From an uncultured Spirochaetota bacterium (GTDB lineage Bacteria > Spirochaetota > UBA4802 > UBA5550), in assembly GCA_963827275.1 (NCBI GenBank), contig CAWHAA010000008.1, positions 32,001 through 96,000 on the forward strand: DNA of 64,000 bases, in the 5' to 3' direction. A model generated the notes under the pieces. The model had not been told where the DNA came from and did no database searches. It was given only the letters and a program-made list of their open reading frames with translations. The position numbers and the translations under genes were made by a program. This document shows, piece by piece, positions 33,796 through 44,145 of the stretch. How positions within the stretch are numbered: position 1 is the first letter of the stretch; each line of letters opens with the position of its first letter.

Positions 33796-33885
33796 TGGAG
33801 GGGCTTAATCTAAGAGGAAGTAATTGCTGATAAAAAGCATTCAGTCACATTGACCTGTACTGAATACGGAGCATTGTCCTATATA
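33796..33885 (-). repeat. Diverged, inverted partial copy of the repeat
   Basis: Reverse complement TATATAGGACAATG...TCAGTACAGG...GCTTTTTAT...CTTCCTCT...AAGCCCCTCCA is collinear with the canonical repeat. Confidence 0.8.
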
Positions 33886-34012
33886 AATATATAGGAATCT
33901 GTTGCCTCATCAGTACAAGCCCAGGGGACACAAAGCATTTTATATGAAGCTGCTTCCTCTCAAGTGAAGCCGCCTCCAACATAAAAAAGCGCTGGACAGG
34001 AGCTTAAAATTT
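33886..34012 (+). repeat. 127-bp direct repeat, copy 5 (most distal from transposase)
   Basis: Identical by eye to copies at 40246, 44240, 48140, 49864. Confidence 0.99.
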
Positions 34013-34792
34013 GTCCCAACAATGTATATTGGCCTTCTCAATCATCCCCGGATCGAATCACTCGATCTGTCTTTCGTGTCAGGGTGTTTCAGCGGCAGCG
34101 CTCCTCTGGCAGTGGAAATAATAAAGAAGTTCGAAGAAAAAACCGGGACCGTCATCTGCGAGGGCTTCGGGATGACCGAGTCATCACCCGTCACCCATAT
34201 CAATCCCTTTGCAAAAGGCAGGACCAAGCCCGGGAGTATCGGTATACCGATTCCCGATGTCGAATGCCGCATCGTGAGCATCGAAGACCAGAGTACCGAT
34301 GTCGAGCCCGGCGAACCCGGCGAGCTCATCATGCGTGGGCCACAGGTCATGAGGGGATACAAGGGGATGAGCGGTGAAACCGAGAATACCATTCGCGACG
34401 GATGGCTGCATACGGGCGATATAGCGCGGATGGACGATGAAGGCTATTTTTACATCGTCGACCGGTTAAAGGACATGATATTGTCCGGAGGGTACAACGT
34501 GTATCCGCGCGACATCGACGAGATACTGTATACGCACCCGAAGGTGCTCGAGGCCTGCTCGATCGGCGTACCGCATTTGAAGCGCGGTGAAGCCATCAAG
34601 GTGTTTGTCGTGCTCAAGCCTGGAGAAGAGGCCACCGTTCAGGAGATAATCGATTTCTGCAAAGACAAGCTCGCGGTGTACAAGCTGCCTGAGGAAGTCG
34701 AATTCAGGAATGACCTCCCGAAATCAACGGTCGGTAAAATCCTCAGGAAAGAGCTCAAGGCCGAAGAGATGAATAAAAGGAAGAATAAGTAG
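34013..34792 (+). pseudogene. 5'-truncated long-chain acyl-CoA synthetase (C-terminal part only)
   Basis: Begins VPTMY exactly at the repeat end; EGFGMTE, TGD, VDRLKD, GKILR present; N-terminal AMP-binding P-loop absent. Confidence 0.92.
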
Positions 34793-34800
34793 ATGAAGGA

Positions 34801-34830
34801 TTGCGCAGCTTGCCCGTGCAAGCTGCGCAA
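34801..34830. terminator. Perfect 13-bp stem hairpin between convergent genes
   Basis: TTGCGCAGCTTGC-CCGT-GCAAGCTGCGCAA. Confidence 0.6.
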
Positions 34831-34899
34831 TGACCGAATGACATTAACCGGTTGTCGACAAGGGACATTTTCCGGTGCCCCCGTTTTTTGACGATTGTA

Positions 34900-35778
34900 C
34901 TATAATTTATCTTTGACCCACTCCCATGTTTTCTCCCAGACTTCCATGCGGTTGACCTCGTTGAAGTTCTCATGGTAATTGGCGTGGTAGTAGATAACAT
35001 CGACCGGCTGGCGCTTGATCGATTTCAGCGCATTCTCGCTGTGTTCCGGGTCTGCCAGCATGTCCTGGCCGGCGATGATTCCGAGTATGGGTGATGCGTC
35101 CCATTGGGCTATATTGCCGAGCACGAACTTCTGGGCCTTTTCCGATGCGACGGCCAGACCCGCAGTGGCCGTTTTTCCACGCACGCCGCTTTTCTCATCG
35201 GCATGATGGCGCGCCGTGATTTCGGCGTCATGAGTCAGGTGATCGGTAACCGGCTGCGGAGTTACCTCGAACCTGGGGTTCATGAGGGATATGATTTTAG
35301 CCATGGCCCTCAATACGGGAGATACTTTCACCCTGTTGACAAGCCAGGGGGATGAAAGAATGGCCCCGGCTATGCCGGATCCCTTGCCGATAGTCAGGCC
35401 GTAGTAGAGGGATATGAGGGCGCCGTTTGAATGGGAAAGAAAGAAGACCGGTACCCCGCGGTGCTTCATCCTTACATCGCGTACATACTGATCAATGTCC
35501 CTGACGTAGGTGTCGTATGAGTCGATATGAAAGAAGTTTTTTTCCCCGGGATTATGCCGGGGAAAATCCCCGTGCCATCTCATGTCAGGGGCGTAAGTGG
35601 CGATCCCCTTGTTCCTGAAAAAAAGCGCCGTTTCCATCCAGTCTCCTGCATAGGCCATACCGCCGTGAACTGCAATGAAGACCGCGCGGGGTTTTTCCCT
35701 GGGGAGCCATACGTGTGACACCAGCTTTGCAGTGCTGTCAGGCTGAAAGATTTCACATTTTGTTTCTGAATACTTCAT
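34900..35778 (-). CDS. Lysophospholipase-like alpha/beta hydrolase
   Basis: VHGG, DMRWHG, SHSNG nucleophile elbow, D and YHE triad residues. Confidence 0.88.
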   Translation of the reverse strand: MKYSETKCEIFQPDSTAKLVSHVWLPREKPRAVFIAVHGGMAYAGDWMETALFFRNKGIATYAPDMRWHGDFPRHNPGEKNFFHIDSYDTYVRDIDQYVRDVRMKHRGVPVFFLSHSNGALISLYYGLTIGKGSGIAGAILSSPWLVNRVKVSPVLRAMAKIISLMNPRFEVTPQPVTDHLTHDAEITARHHADEKSGVRGKTATAGLAVASEKAQKFVLGNIAQWDASPILGIIAGQDMLADPEHSENALKSIKRQPVDVIYYHANYHENFNEVNRMEVWEKTWEWVKDKL

Positions 35779-35896
35779 CTCATACTCCTGCTGACTGTTG
35801 TATAAAAAAATGATACCGGCAGGGTTGTAACCCTGGCCGGCATAAGTGTACCCGGTTTTATTACAAGCGGGGAAGGATCCCCGCAGGTAAGCTTAT

Positions 35897-37675
35897 TTAC
35901 TTGACCGTGTTTTCGATCATGAAATCAATCATCGGCATGAATACCTCGTTTTCCCTGTCCGGGTTGTCGGTGGCGGCAGTGAGGGTGTCGAAGTGGTCGT
36001 ATCCTTCGGCCGTGACCTGTGAAACGTCAATGCCTGCGTTTTTCGCCGGTTCATAGAATGGACCGTCCCCTGCGAGCGACAGGAAAACATGCTGCTCTTC
36101 GAGCTTGGCATGATGGAAATAGTTCAGGCCGTATTTTTTACTCACTGGATAGGTTGCCATCAGCATGTCAATGACGATCCTGGTGGGGAAGTACCATTCC
36201 ATGAGATTCGACGGGCCCTTGTACATGGTAGCCGCGATCGTGTGCAGGTCGGTGACCTCGGCTTTCTGCGTGGTAAAGGCGAGCTCATCCTTGCCGAGCT
36301 CGTTGTAGTTTTTCCATGTATAAAGCACATTCTTGTCATCGGCGATATAGAGATTGTCCCCGGTAAAAAGAATACTGATGAGATCGGTCAGTGGAGGAAT
36401 TTCGGGAAGTCCGTCGGGAAGCGGGAAATTCTTTTTCACTATAGCCCCGCCGCTCAGCATCCCTATGCTGCCGTTACAGATCGATATTGGCATGAAGTTG
36501 TCGTCGAGGAATACGCCAAGCAGCGCCTCGTTGGTGAAACGGTAGTCCGCTATGGACGGGTCGGGCTGAAGAAACTGGACAAGGCTGCGGGAATGCACCA
36601 GCTTGAGCAGCGTTTCGACGCTGGCAGAGTAGGGGACTTTGCCGAGGAGAGTGGATTCCTCGTCGGGCCTGGTATCGGCCAGTATGCCGATGAGCTCGAG
36701 CAGCATGTATGTTTCGGAGTTAAACCCCATCGTTTTGATGGGCAGTATGCGCGGGAGGGTGCTGTTTTTCAGCCCGGCGACGATGATCGGGTAGGCGCCG
36801 CTCGCCATCCCCGGGACCATTGCCTGTATTGATCCGGGAAGCATTGCCATAATGGGATCGAAGAGATCGACGAAGGGAGACACGATCGTGTCGAGGCCCA
36901 CGATGCCGGCGCAGTTGTTGTATCCGGCGTCATTGGTGGTTGCGGGGTTGCCGTCAAAGTCCCATCCGCTGAAGAAAGCCGCAAGGAACCCGCCCAGTGA
37001 ATGGCCGCCCACGAATACTTTCTTCTTGCGGACTTTCTGGTCGGGGACCAGGGTCTTGATGAGAGTATAAACATCCTCCATGATGAGCTTGAGGCCCATA
37101 TCGGCAAGATAAGGGACATCCTTGTTAAGTAAATAGCCCTTGAACGTTTTACCGTTGATCGCCTTGCCTTTATAATAATAATCCAGGGCAACGTCGATAT
37201 TCCCGGTTCTCTCGGCCTCCTCGACGCCGGTGAGGTCCTCGAGGCTGTTGTATCTTCTGTCGGGGATCCATACTTCAAGCGCGATGCCGCGCTCCTTCTG
37301 GGCCATCGAAACCATTTCCCTGCCCAGGAATGACATGACGTTGTTGCTTACCAGTATGCCCGTCATGAGCACGAGCACCTGGTCTGCGTCTGAACCGTCG
37401 CCCTTTTTGCCCGCAAGACCGTAGCGGAGATACTTGATCTTCTGGCATTCAGCGGGAAGATTGGCAATACTGATCGGGGCGTTAATGCTTCTCATTTCGG
37501 AAACCACATCGACCGAAGCAACGGTCTCCAGCTGCATCGAGATAGTGTCTCCCGGGACTTCCGGCGATGTTCCATCCGTGAGGGAACCCGGGGAGGAAAG
37601 ATCATCACATCCTGAAAATAGTATGAGAGCGGTAATCGTGAAACATAAACCGAGTTTGTGGATCGTTGAAATCAT
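35897..37675 (-). CDS. Lipoprotein alpha/beta hydrolase
   Basis: LFSGC lipobox, GHSLG motif, C-terminal YDHFD. Confidence 0.75.
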   Translation of the reverse strand: MISTIHKLGLCFTITALILFSGCDDLSSPGSLTDGTSPEVPGDTISMQLETVASVDVVSEMRSINAPISIANLPAECQKIKYLRYGLAGKKGDGSDADQVLVLMTGILVSNNVMSFLGREMVSMAQKERGIALEVWIPDRRYNSLEDLTGVEEAERTGNIDVALDYYYKGKAINGKTFKGYLLNKDVPYLADMGLKLIMEDVYTLIKTLVPDQKVRKKKVFVGGHSLGGFLAAFFSGWDFDGNPATTNDAGYNNCAGIVGLDTIVSPFVDLFDPIMAMLPGSIQAMVPGMASGAYPIIVAGLKNSTLPRILPIKTMGFNSETYMLLELIGILADTRPDEESTLLGKVPYSASVETLLKLVHSRSLVQFLQPDPSIADYRFTNEALLGVFLDDNFMPISICNGSIGMLSGGAIVKKNFPLPDGLPEIPPLTDLISILFTGDNLYIADDKNVLYTWKNYNELGKDELAFTTQKAEVTDLHTIAATMYKGPSNLMEWYFPTRIVIDMLMATYPVSKKYGLNYFHHAKLEEQHVFLSLAGDGPFYEPAKNAGIDVSQVTAEGYDHFDTLTAATDNPDRENEVFMPMIDFMIENTVK

Positions 37676-37803
37676 GCTGCACCTCCATCTTCGTCTTTCT
37701 GAAACCATCTGGACGGTTTGATGGATTTAACGTAGCACAATGATTATTGGCTGTCTTATTAATTCACGACATGTCGGAAAATGTGAAGACTGAAGGGCGG
37801 TAT

Positions 37804-39378
37804 TTATTGCCCGGAATCGCTGTTTTTGCGGAAATCCGAGGGCGTCATCCCGGTTATTTTGAGAAAAACCCTGTTGAAGGTAGCGAGGTTTTCGTATCCG
37901 ACCGAAAACGCTATATCGATGATCCTGTTTTCGGGATTTTTCAGCTGGTCACGCGCGTCTGCTATCCTGCGCTCGTTGATGTAGTCCTGTATCTTTTTGC
38001 CGGTGTACGAGGTGAAGATGCGGCTCAGGTGGTCGGGGCTCATGCCGATCGAGCCGGCCAGGCCCTCGCGGGAGATGTCGGACCGGTAGTTTTCGTCGAG
38101 GAAGGCCATGATCCGCTTCAGCTTGTCTTCTGCCGAGGAGGTCACGGTGAAGCCCCTGGCCGGGGTATCCGGTTCGCTCAGCTTGCTGTAAAGCAGGGCA
38201 AGGGCGGTTTTACTGCTGATAAGGTCCCGGACGATGTATATGATGGCGAGCGTCGAGATGATCGGTATCGTATAGGTATGGGTCAGGGGAGGTGTATGGA
38301 TAAAGAACAGATAGCTTGTCACATCCCATAATATCAGCGAGCCCGGGAGAAACCCGAAAATGATGAACAGTGTAATGGACGCGTCTTTTTTGATTTTTTT
38401 GATCGTATACAGGACATGGCCCAGAACAAGGGCAGCTGCGAACATCGCTGACGTACCCAGTATCCTTCCGGGGTAATACGGGGATGTCGTATCGGGAAAG
38501 ATCCATATGACCACTGTGATAATTATGAACGCAGGAATGACGATCTTGTTGTGCCCGGAAAGGTAGCATTTATAGTACGCCTGGATGAAAAGCAGGTACA
38601 GGATTGAGAAAGAAGACGGGCACGACCAGAGAAACGTGACCCTCGCGTCGATCGAGAAAGGGAACCATGGAGAAAACAGGGACAGGATATACAGGCTCCA
38701 GCATATGAGGACGGATGCCGCGTACACGTTGACTTTTTCGGTCCGGTTGTAGTAAAACAGGGCCAGGTTGAACATGGCCTGCGCCACGAGGAAAATAACG
38801 ATGCCTATCGGGAGCTGGCCGTAGATGAAACTGTCGAGTATCGTCGTACGAATAAAGGTTTCCCCGGGCATGAGCGCGGGCGATCCTCTGACGCCGCCGT
38901 ATTCTTTTCCATAGATACCGAGATATACATGCACGGTATTCTTTCCCGCTTTAAGCGTCCCGCGCGGAATGGTGTAGTTCCTGGGCGTATGCACGGCCTG
39001 TATCTCCTCGGCGGTGTGGCTCCCGACCGGGATGCCGTTAATGAAGCTGCGGTCGGTGTAATATATCCTCCCGAGGTTGATGCCCGCAAACCGGTCCGGG
39101 TCTCCGGTGATGTCGACATCCCCCCTGAGCCATAAGTGGCTGTATTGACCCTTTCTCGTCACCGGATGACGGAACATCGCGGGCAGTGAAATCGGCTTCC
39201 ACAGAGCGTCGTCGCAGGGGATGGTTTCGGTTTCGCTGAAGATGACGGACCAATTCGTGACCGGCAGATCGTCCCGGGCTGGGGAACATCCCCCCAGGGT
39301 GATGACGAGCGCGGCCGCAAAAAACACGGGGATTCTCATCACCCGGCGTTTAATGGTATGTATTTTTAGTACTGACAT
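37804..39378 (-). CDS. Membrane-anchored AraC-family regulator (periplasmic + 7TM + HTH)
   Basis: C-terminal IIDIAFSVGYENLATFNRVF.K.TG.TPSDFR; multiple TM helices. Confidence 0.9.
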   Translation of the reverse strand: MSVLKIHTIKRRVMRIPVFFAAALVITLGGCSPARDDLPVTNWSVIFSETETIPCDDALWKPISLPAMFRHPVTRKGQYSHLWLRGDVDITGDPDRFAGINLGRIYYTDRSFINGIPVGSHTAEEIQAVHTPRNYTIPRGTLKAGKNTVHVYLGIYGKEYGGVRGSPALMPGETFIRTTILDSFIYGQLPIGIVIFLVAQAMFNLALFYYNRTEKVNVYAASVLICWSLYILSLFSPWFPFSIDARVTFLWSCPSSFSILYLLFIQAYYKCYLSGHNKIVIPAFIIITVVIWIFPDTTSPYYPGRILGTSAMFAAALVLGHVLYTIKKIKKDASITLFIIFGFLPGSLILWDVTSYLFFIHTPPLTHTYTIPIISTLAIIYIVRDLISSKTALALLYSKLSEPDTPARGFTVTSSAEDKLKRIMAFLDENYRSDISREGLAGSIGMSPDHLSRIFTSYTGKKIQDYINERRIADARDQLKNPENRIIDIAFSVGYENLATFNRVFLKITGMTPSDFRKNSDSGQ

Positions 39379-39419
39379 TTTTTTACGGTATAATCCGCCA
39401 GATCGTATTTTAAAAGATT

Positions 39420-39578
39420 GCCACTGCGGCGCAGAGACACAGAGGAAAATATGACAGAGCTAAGATTAAGATATAACTTCTTTATCCCACGACGGAGAAA
39501 AACTAGATGTTTAAATCTTTTATTAGACTTCTTCATTATAGTATATTGTTGTTCTCTGTGCCTCGGTGACTCTGTGGC
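39420..39578. repeat. Imperfect ~26-bp inverted repeats enclosing ~110 bp of AT-rich DNA
   Basis: GCCACTGCGGCGCAGAGACACAGAGG ... TCTCTGTGCCTCGGTGACTCTGTGGC. Confidence 0.55.
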
Positions 39579-39696
39579 CTTCTTAACATAGATGCTGCTG
39601 CCCGACATGTCAAGCGGAATGAGCCGGGCTGGCTGTCCGGAAAAAAATTTGTTGATTTAATAGGAGGGGAGTATTAGCTTTGGGACGAATCGTACA

Positions 39697-39770
39697 GGGC
39701 GATTAGCTCAGCTGGTTAGAGCGCCTGCCTCACATGCAGGAGGTCGTTGGTTCGAGTCCAATATCGCCCA
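39697..39770 (+). tRNA. tRNA-Val (anticodon CAC), CCA not encoded
   Basis: GGGCGAT/ATCGCCC acceptor stem, AGCTCAGCTGGTTAGAGC D arm, CCTGC-CTCACAT-GCAGG anticodon arm, GTTCGAG T loop. Confidence 0.96.
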
Positions 39771-39895
39771 AAAGAACTTCTGGAATATTCAGGAGTTAGA
39801 AAGCTACCGGACAACCGGCGCTTCTTAAAAATCCAAAAGTGTAGCACAAGTGTAGCATGAATTTGCACGGTGCTCACGATTGCAGGAGGCTTAAG

Positions 39896-40105
39896 ATGTC
39901 GTCGCACGGTAAACCCTACTCACTCTACAAACGAAATCGCACCTATTACGTCCGTTACAAACTCCCTGACAACCAATGGAGCACCGCAAAGAGCACCGGG
40001 GAAAGTTCCAGGAGCAAGGCCGAGCGCTGGGCTTTCGATTATCTCTCTGCAGGGAAGATCGTTACTAAAAAGAACGTTACCCTTGCCGAGTATGCACAGG
40101 GCTAC
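39896..40105 (+). pseudogene. N-terminal stub of a tyrosine recombinase/integrase
   Basis: AGGAGG RBS; PYSLYKR...YYVRY......STG..SR..AE.WA arm-binding-like N-terminus just after a tRNA; no catalytic domain follows. Confidence 0.65.
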
Positions 40106-40245
40106 AGTGTTGATTCAAGACCGCGGCGGCAATTCTTTCGCGGTCATGGTTGGGGAGGATGTGGGACTACCCTGCCCCGGAATACAGTATTACAATACCT
40201 ATTACGCGAAATAACTCAAATTGAATTAAAAACTTTTATATCATT

Positions 40246-40372
40246 AATATATAGGAATCTGTTGCCTCATCAGTACAAGCCCAGGGGACACAAAGCATTT
40301 TATATGAAGCTGCTTCCTCTCAAGTGAAGCCGCCTCCAACATAAAAAAGCGCTGGACAGGAGCTTAAAATTT
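40246..40372 (+). repeat. 127-bp direct repeat, copy 4
   Basis: Identical sequence AATATATAGGAATC...AGGAGCTTAAAATTT. Confidence 0.99.
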
Positions 40373-40433
40373 TCAGAACTGGATCGAGGTCTACGAGATG
40401 TTCGCGAAGCTGTACAAGTTTATCCCGTGGTAA
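40373..40433 (+). pseudogene. 3' end of an unknown gene cut at the repeat
   Basis: QNWIEVYEMFAKLYKFIPW-stop with host-like codons starting at the junction. Confidence 0.5.
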
Positions 40434-40451
40434 ACGGCTCAATCGCCCCCC

Positions 40452-40564
40452 GTCCAGCGCTTTTTTATGTTGAAAATATCAGGCTGATCTCCCATGATAG
40501 CTGCCGATATGGCCGATTCATTCGCATTGGCCTGTGCTGAATACAGAGCATTTTCTTAGATATT
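40452..40564 (-). repeat. Diverged inverted copy of the repeat
   Basis: Exact CAACATAAAAAAGCGCTGGAC on the - strand plus AATATCTAAGAAAATG...TCAGCACAGGCCAATG collinear with the repeat start. Confidence 0.75.
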
Positions 40565-40616
40565 GATATTTATTCATCTTTCGTGCCCCCTCCGGGGGCC
40601 AGGGGGGCGTTGCCGC

Positions 40617-41873
40617 ATGACATTCATGGACCCCAAACAGCCGGTAATATTAGGATATGACATGGTATCCCCCCTGGGGAGCGACCTGGCATCGCAGTGG
40701 GACCGGGCGGCGCGCGGCGAAAGCGGCGTGAAGGAGCTCACGCGCTTTACCATGGACGGCGGCTTCCCCGTGCGCATCGCGGGCCAGGTGGAGGAAATTG
40801 ACGTCGCGCCCTATCCCTTCCTTTCGCCGCGCGAAATGGCGCACTGGACATCTCCTATTTACAAGCATGCGATGCTGGTGGCGCACCGGGCGCTCGTCCG
40901 GAGCGGCGTGGACATCACGCCGGACCTGGCGCCGCGCGTCGGCATCACCTTCAGCACCGCGGTAGGCGGCCTGGACGCGGTCATAGCCGCTGACCGGCTC
41001 ATCGTGAAGGAAGGAAAGGCCCCCAATCCCTTCACCAATCCCAACTCCTGCATCAACATGGTGGGGGGGAAGATATCGATCCTGACAAAAGCGACCGGGC
41101 CCATCAGCGCGACCATCACCGCATGCGCGACCGGGGCCACCTCCATGATCATCGGCTCCATGTTCCTCCGTCAGGGGATCGCGGACGTCGTGATATGCGG
41201 CGCGGTGGACTTCCCCCTGGTCGAGCCCATTGTCGCGGGGTTCGCCTCCATGAACGGCGCGTTCAAGCACAAGAAGGACCAGCCGGAGGATCCCGCCGCG
41301 GCGAGCCGTCCCTTCTCCGCCAACCGACGCGGGTTTGTCGTTTCGGAAGGCGCGGCAAGCGTGATCATCGCCACCAGGGAATTCGCCGAAGCGCACGGGC
41401 TGGATTACAAGATAGGGATCGCCGGCTGGAGCATGACCTCAGACGCCTACCACTTCGTCGCGCCCAATCCCGAAACCGTGACCCGCTGCATCGCGGAGAG
41501 CGTCGCCGCTGCGGGCCTCGCGCCCGGCGACATTGACGCGGTGAACGCGCACGGGACATCGACAAAGATCGGCGACAAGGTGGAATACGACGCGCTCAAA
41601 AGCGTGTTCGGCGATTCGATACCGCCGGTGTCCGCGAACAAATCCCAGATCGGGCACGCCATGGGCGCGTCCAGCGGCATAGAGTCGGTCCTTGCCATGG
41701 AAGGGATGCTCAGGGGCGCGGTCCTCCCCACGATAAATTACACTCCCGATCCGGAGATTCCCCTTGACTGCGTGCATGAGGGCGCCCGTTCGCTTGAACA
41801 GGAATTCACCCTCAAAAACGCCTTCGGCTTCGGCGGCTGCAATTCCTGTATTGTTTTCAGGAGGGCTGGCTGA
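40617..41873 (+). CDS. fabF: Beta-ketoacyl-ACP synthase II family
   Basis: TACATG, NAHGTST, GHAMGA, FGFGG. Confidence 0.9.
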   Translation: MTFMDPKQPVILGYDMVSPLGSDLASQWDRAARGESGVKELTRFTMDGGFPVRIAGQVEEIDVAPYPFLSPREMAHWTSPIYKHAMLVAHRALVRSGVDITPDLAPRVGITFSTAVGGLDAVIAADRLIVKEGKAPNPFTNPNSCINMVGGKISILTKATGPISATITACATGATSMIIGSMFLRQGIADVVICGAVDFPLVEPIVAGFASMNGAFKHKKDQPEDPAAASRPFSANRRGFVVSEGAASVIIATREFAEAHGLDYKIGIAGWSMTSDAYHFVAPNPETVTRCIAESVAAAGLAPGDIDAVNAHGTSTKIGDKVEYDALKSVFGDSIPPVSANKSQIGHAMGASSGIESVLAMEGMLRGAVLPTINYTPDPEIPLDCVHEGARSLEQEFTLKNAFGFGGCNSCIVFRRAG

Positions 41874-41907
41874 TTCAGTGGTGGGTTTTTCCGGGGCTGG
41901 CGCGCGG

Positions 41908-44145
41908 TCAGTCGATCCGTTTCATGACCACCATGGTCAGATCATCATCATACTGGTACTCCCTGAGCTCCCGCAGTATGGAGTCCTTGATCACATCGGT
42001 GGATTCCTTTCCATTTTTCTCAAGCGTCCGTTCAAGCCGCTCCACGCCGAACATATCTTCTTCGAGACGCATGCCCGTCGTCTGAGGCGCGGAGCGGAGC
42101 CAGGCTTCGGTTATGCCGTCGGTATAGAGAAGGAGCACATCGCCGGATTCCATGCTGATGCTTGAGTTTTCACTCGGCGACCATTGCACGTCATTGAGGC
42201 CGAGCCATATCCCGTTGGTCACCACCTTGTCGACCTTTCTGCGGGCCGCGCGGTAAATCAGTATATCCTGGTGCAGGCCCGAATGATACAACCTGCCGTC
42301 CCGGAGGCAGGCAAGCACGGTTATGGTCATGTACTTGTCTTCATCAAGCAGTTCTATATTTTCCGAGATCACCTTGTTTACATGGGTGAGCAGCATGTTG
42401 GGCATAAGGCCGGGCGAGCCCTCCAGGACCGTATGGATGGACGTCTGCACCATCATCATGATAAGGCCCGCGGGCACCCCGTGGCCGGAAACATCCCCGA
42501 TCACCACCCAGTCCATGCCTTCCACGTTGATGATATCGTAATAATCGCCGCCCACCTCGTCCGCGGGCTGCATGAAAGCGGAAATCTCATAGCCGTTAAT
42601 CAGGGGGTGCTTCGGCAGAAGCATGGTCTGTATCTTTTTCGCGAGCTGCATCTCTCCCCAGAGCGAGTCCCTCGTTTTTACCAGGTTCTCGTTCATCACC
42701 GCCATCTCTTCATTGGCCGCCTGAAGCTCCGCCGTCCTCTCCATGACCTTTATCTCAAGGCTGTCCTTGAGCGTCGAGAGGTTGGTGTACAGGATTGAAT
42801 TACCCAGGGAGATGGACGTGGCGTTCCTCAGGTTGTTGATGAACTGAACCTCGTCGTCGGTGAGGGGCCGCAGGTCCGGCTTTTCCGACATCGCGATCAC
42901 GCCAAGCAGCTCGTTGTTGTTGACGAGCGGCACAAGGAAGTTCGCATCGTCCATGGCGAACAATCCGGCAAGGCCGCCGCGAACGTCCCGGTAATCCTCA
43001 TGTATATCAACCGTGCCTTTGTCGAGGAGCCCGTCATGGCCGGCAAGCCAGGGGATCAGCCCCGGATCGACGTCATGGTTAATTTTTTCCATACTCATGA
43101 ATACATTCGATTCCTTGTCGCGCAGATACACATCGACCATTTTTAACGAGAGGGATTTTTTGATTATGCCCCGCACCTGGACCAGCAACTCGCCCAGCGT
43201 TTTGAGAGATGAAATGTTGTTTATAAAATTCGATTCTATCGACCGGAGATCGTACTTCCTCCTGTTGAAAATTTCATTTATTAACGGTTGTACCAACCGT
43301 ATATACACAAGGTTTACCGCAAACCAGACCAGTATGATGAAGAACAGGAATGCCGGCACAATTTTTATAAGATATGAATACATGAAATAGAACAGCAGGA
43401 TATTGGGCACGAGTATGAGGGACGACGTTACCACCCATATGAACGTGACATGGAGCACGCTCCGTATATCCATAAGCCGGTGGCTGAGGATGCCGTACCC
43501 GAGAAACCCGAGGGGGATGAAGACCATGGTCCCGAAGGGGTAAAAGTCGATGCCGTTTATCGCCGGAATATTGGACACGGTAAGCAGGAATCCCATGATG
43601 AACGACATGTGGAGATATTTATATTTCAGCCTTATGACAGGGTTTTTTTCAGTCCTCATCTTTATTATAAAAAGAACGATAAAATGCAGGATGACAACCG
43701 TGCCGTAAAAACCAAATATCTGAAAGGCGATCCCGCCCTTCGCGATATATCCCCAGCTGTAGGTATACAGGCCGTTGAAGTAATAATCGGTCAGGGTGCT
43801 TAATGAGAGGATGAAACTCAATGCAAAAGTGAGAGGAACGACAAATCGTATTCTCGTGTTGGTTATTTTATAGAAATAGACTATATAGATCGGCGGCACA
43901 TACACATAGAAAAAATGTATGGCGCGTTCAATTTTCAGTATCAGCTCTTCATTTCCCTTGAGCAGGTGGTGGCAGATAAACGCCGGCGTGAGCAGGATCA
44001 TCCATATGACCACCACGGAAAACATGACATTTTCGAATTTCAGCTTCCCTCTGTAAATAGATATAAACGCGAGAGTAAGGCCGAAAATCAGTGAGAGAAG
44101 CGGAGGTATAATGTAGATGTTTAATCTTGACAGGAGTTCTTCCAA
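41908..44145 (-). CDS. 7TM + GAF-like + SpoIIE/PP2C phosphatase
   Basis: VGGDYYD, GDVSGHG, YTDGITEA, DDLT. Confidence 0.92.
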   Translation of the reverse strand: MEELLSRLNIYIIPPLLSLIFGLTLAFISIYRGKLKFENVMFSVVVIWMILLTPAFICHHLLKGNEELILKIERAIHFFYVYVPPIYIVYFYKITNTRIRFVVPLTFALSFILSLSTLTDYYFNGLYTYSWGYIAKGGIAFQIFGFYGTVVILHFIVLFIIKMRTEKNPVIRLKYKYLHMSFIMGFLLTVSNIPAINGIDFYPFGTMVFIPLGFLGYGILSHRLMDIRSVLHVTFIWVVTSSLILVPNILLFYFMYSYLIKIVPAFLFFIILVWFAVNLVYIRLVQPLINEIFNRRKYDLRSIESNFINNISSLKTLGELLVQVRGIIKKSLSLKMVDVYLRDKESNVFMSMEKINHDVDPGLIPWLAGHDGLLDKGTVDIHEDYRDVRGGLAGLFAMDDANFLVPLVNNNELLGVIAMSEKPDLRPLTDDEVQFINNLRNATSISLGNSILYTNLSTLKDSLEIKVMERTAELQAANEEMAVMNENLVKTRDSLWGEMQLAKKIQTMLLPKHPLINGYEISAFMQPADEVGGDYYDIINVEGMDWVVIGDVSGHGVPAGLIMMMVQTSIHTVLEGSPGLMPNMLLTHVNKVISENIELLDEDKYMTITVLACLRDGRLYHSGLHQDILIYRAARRKVDKVVTNGIWLGLNDVQWSPSENSSISMESGDVLLLYTDGITEAWLRSAPQTTGMRLEEDMFGVERLERTLEKNGKESTDVIKDSILRELREYQYDDDLTMVVMKRID

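Noticed and set aside
39857..40327. 156-aa ORF (and 44127..44321) sharing the tail IYRNLLPHQYKPRGHKAFYMKLLPLK
   Set aside because: The shared tail is just read-through into the repeat, not a protein family.
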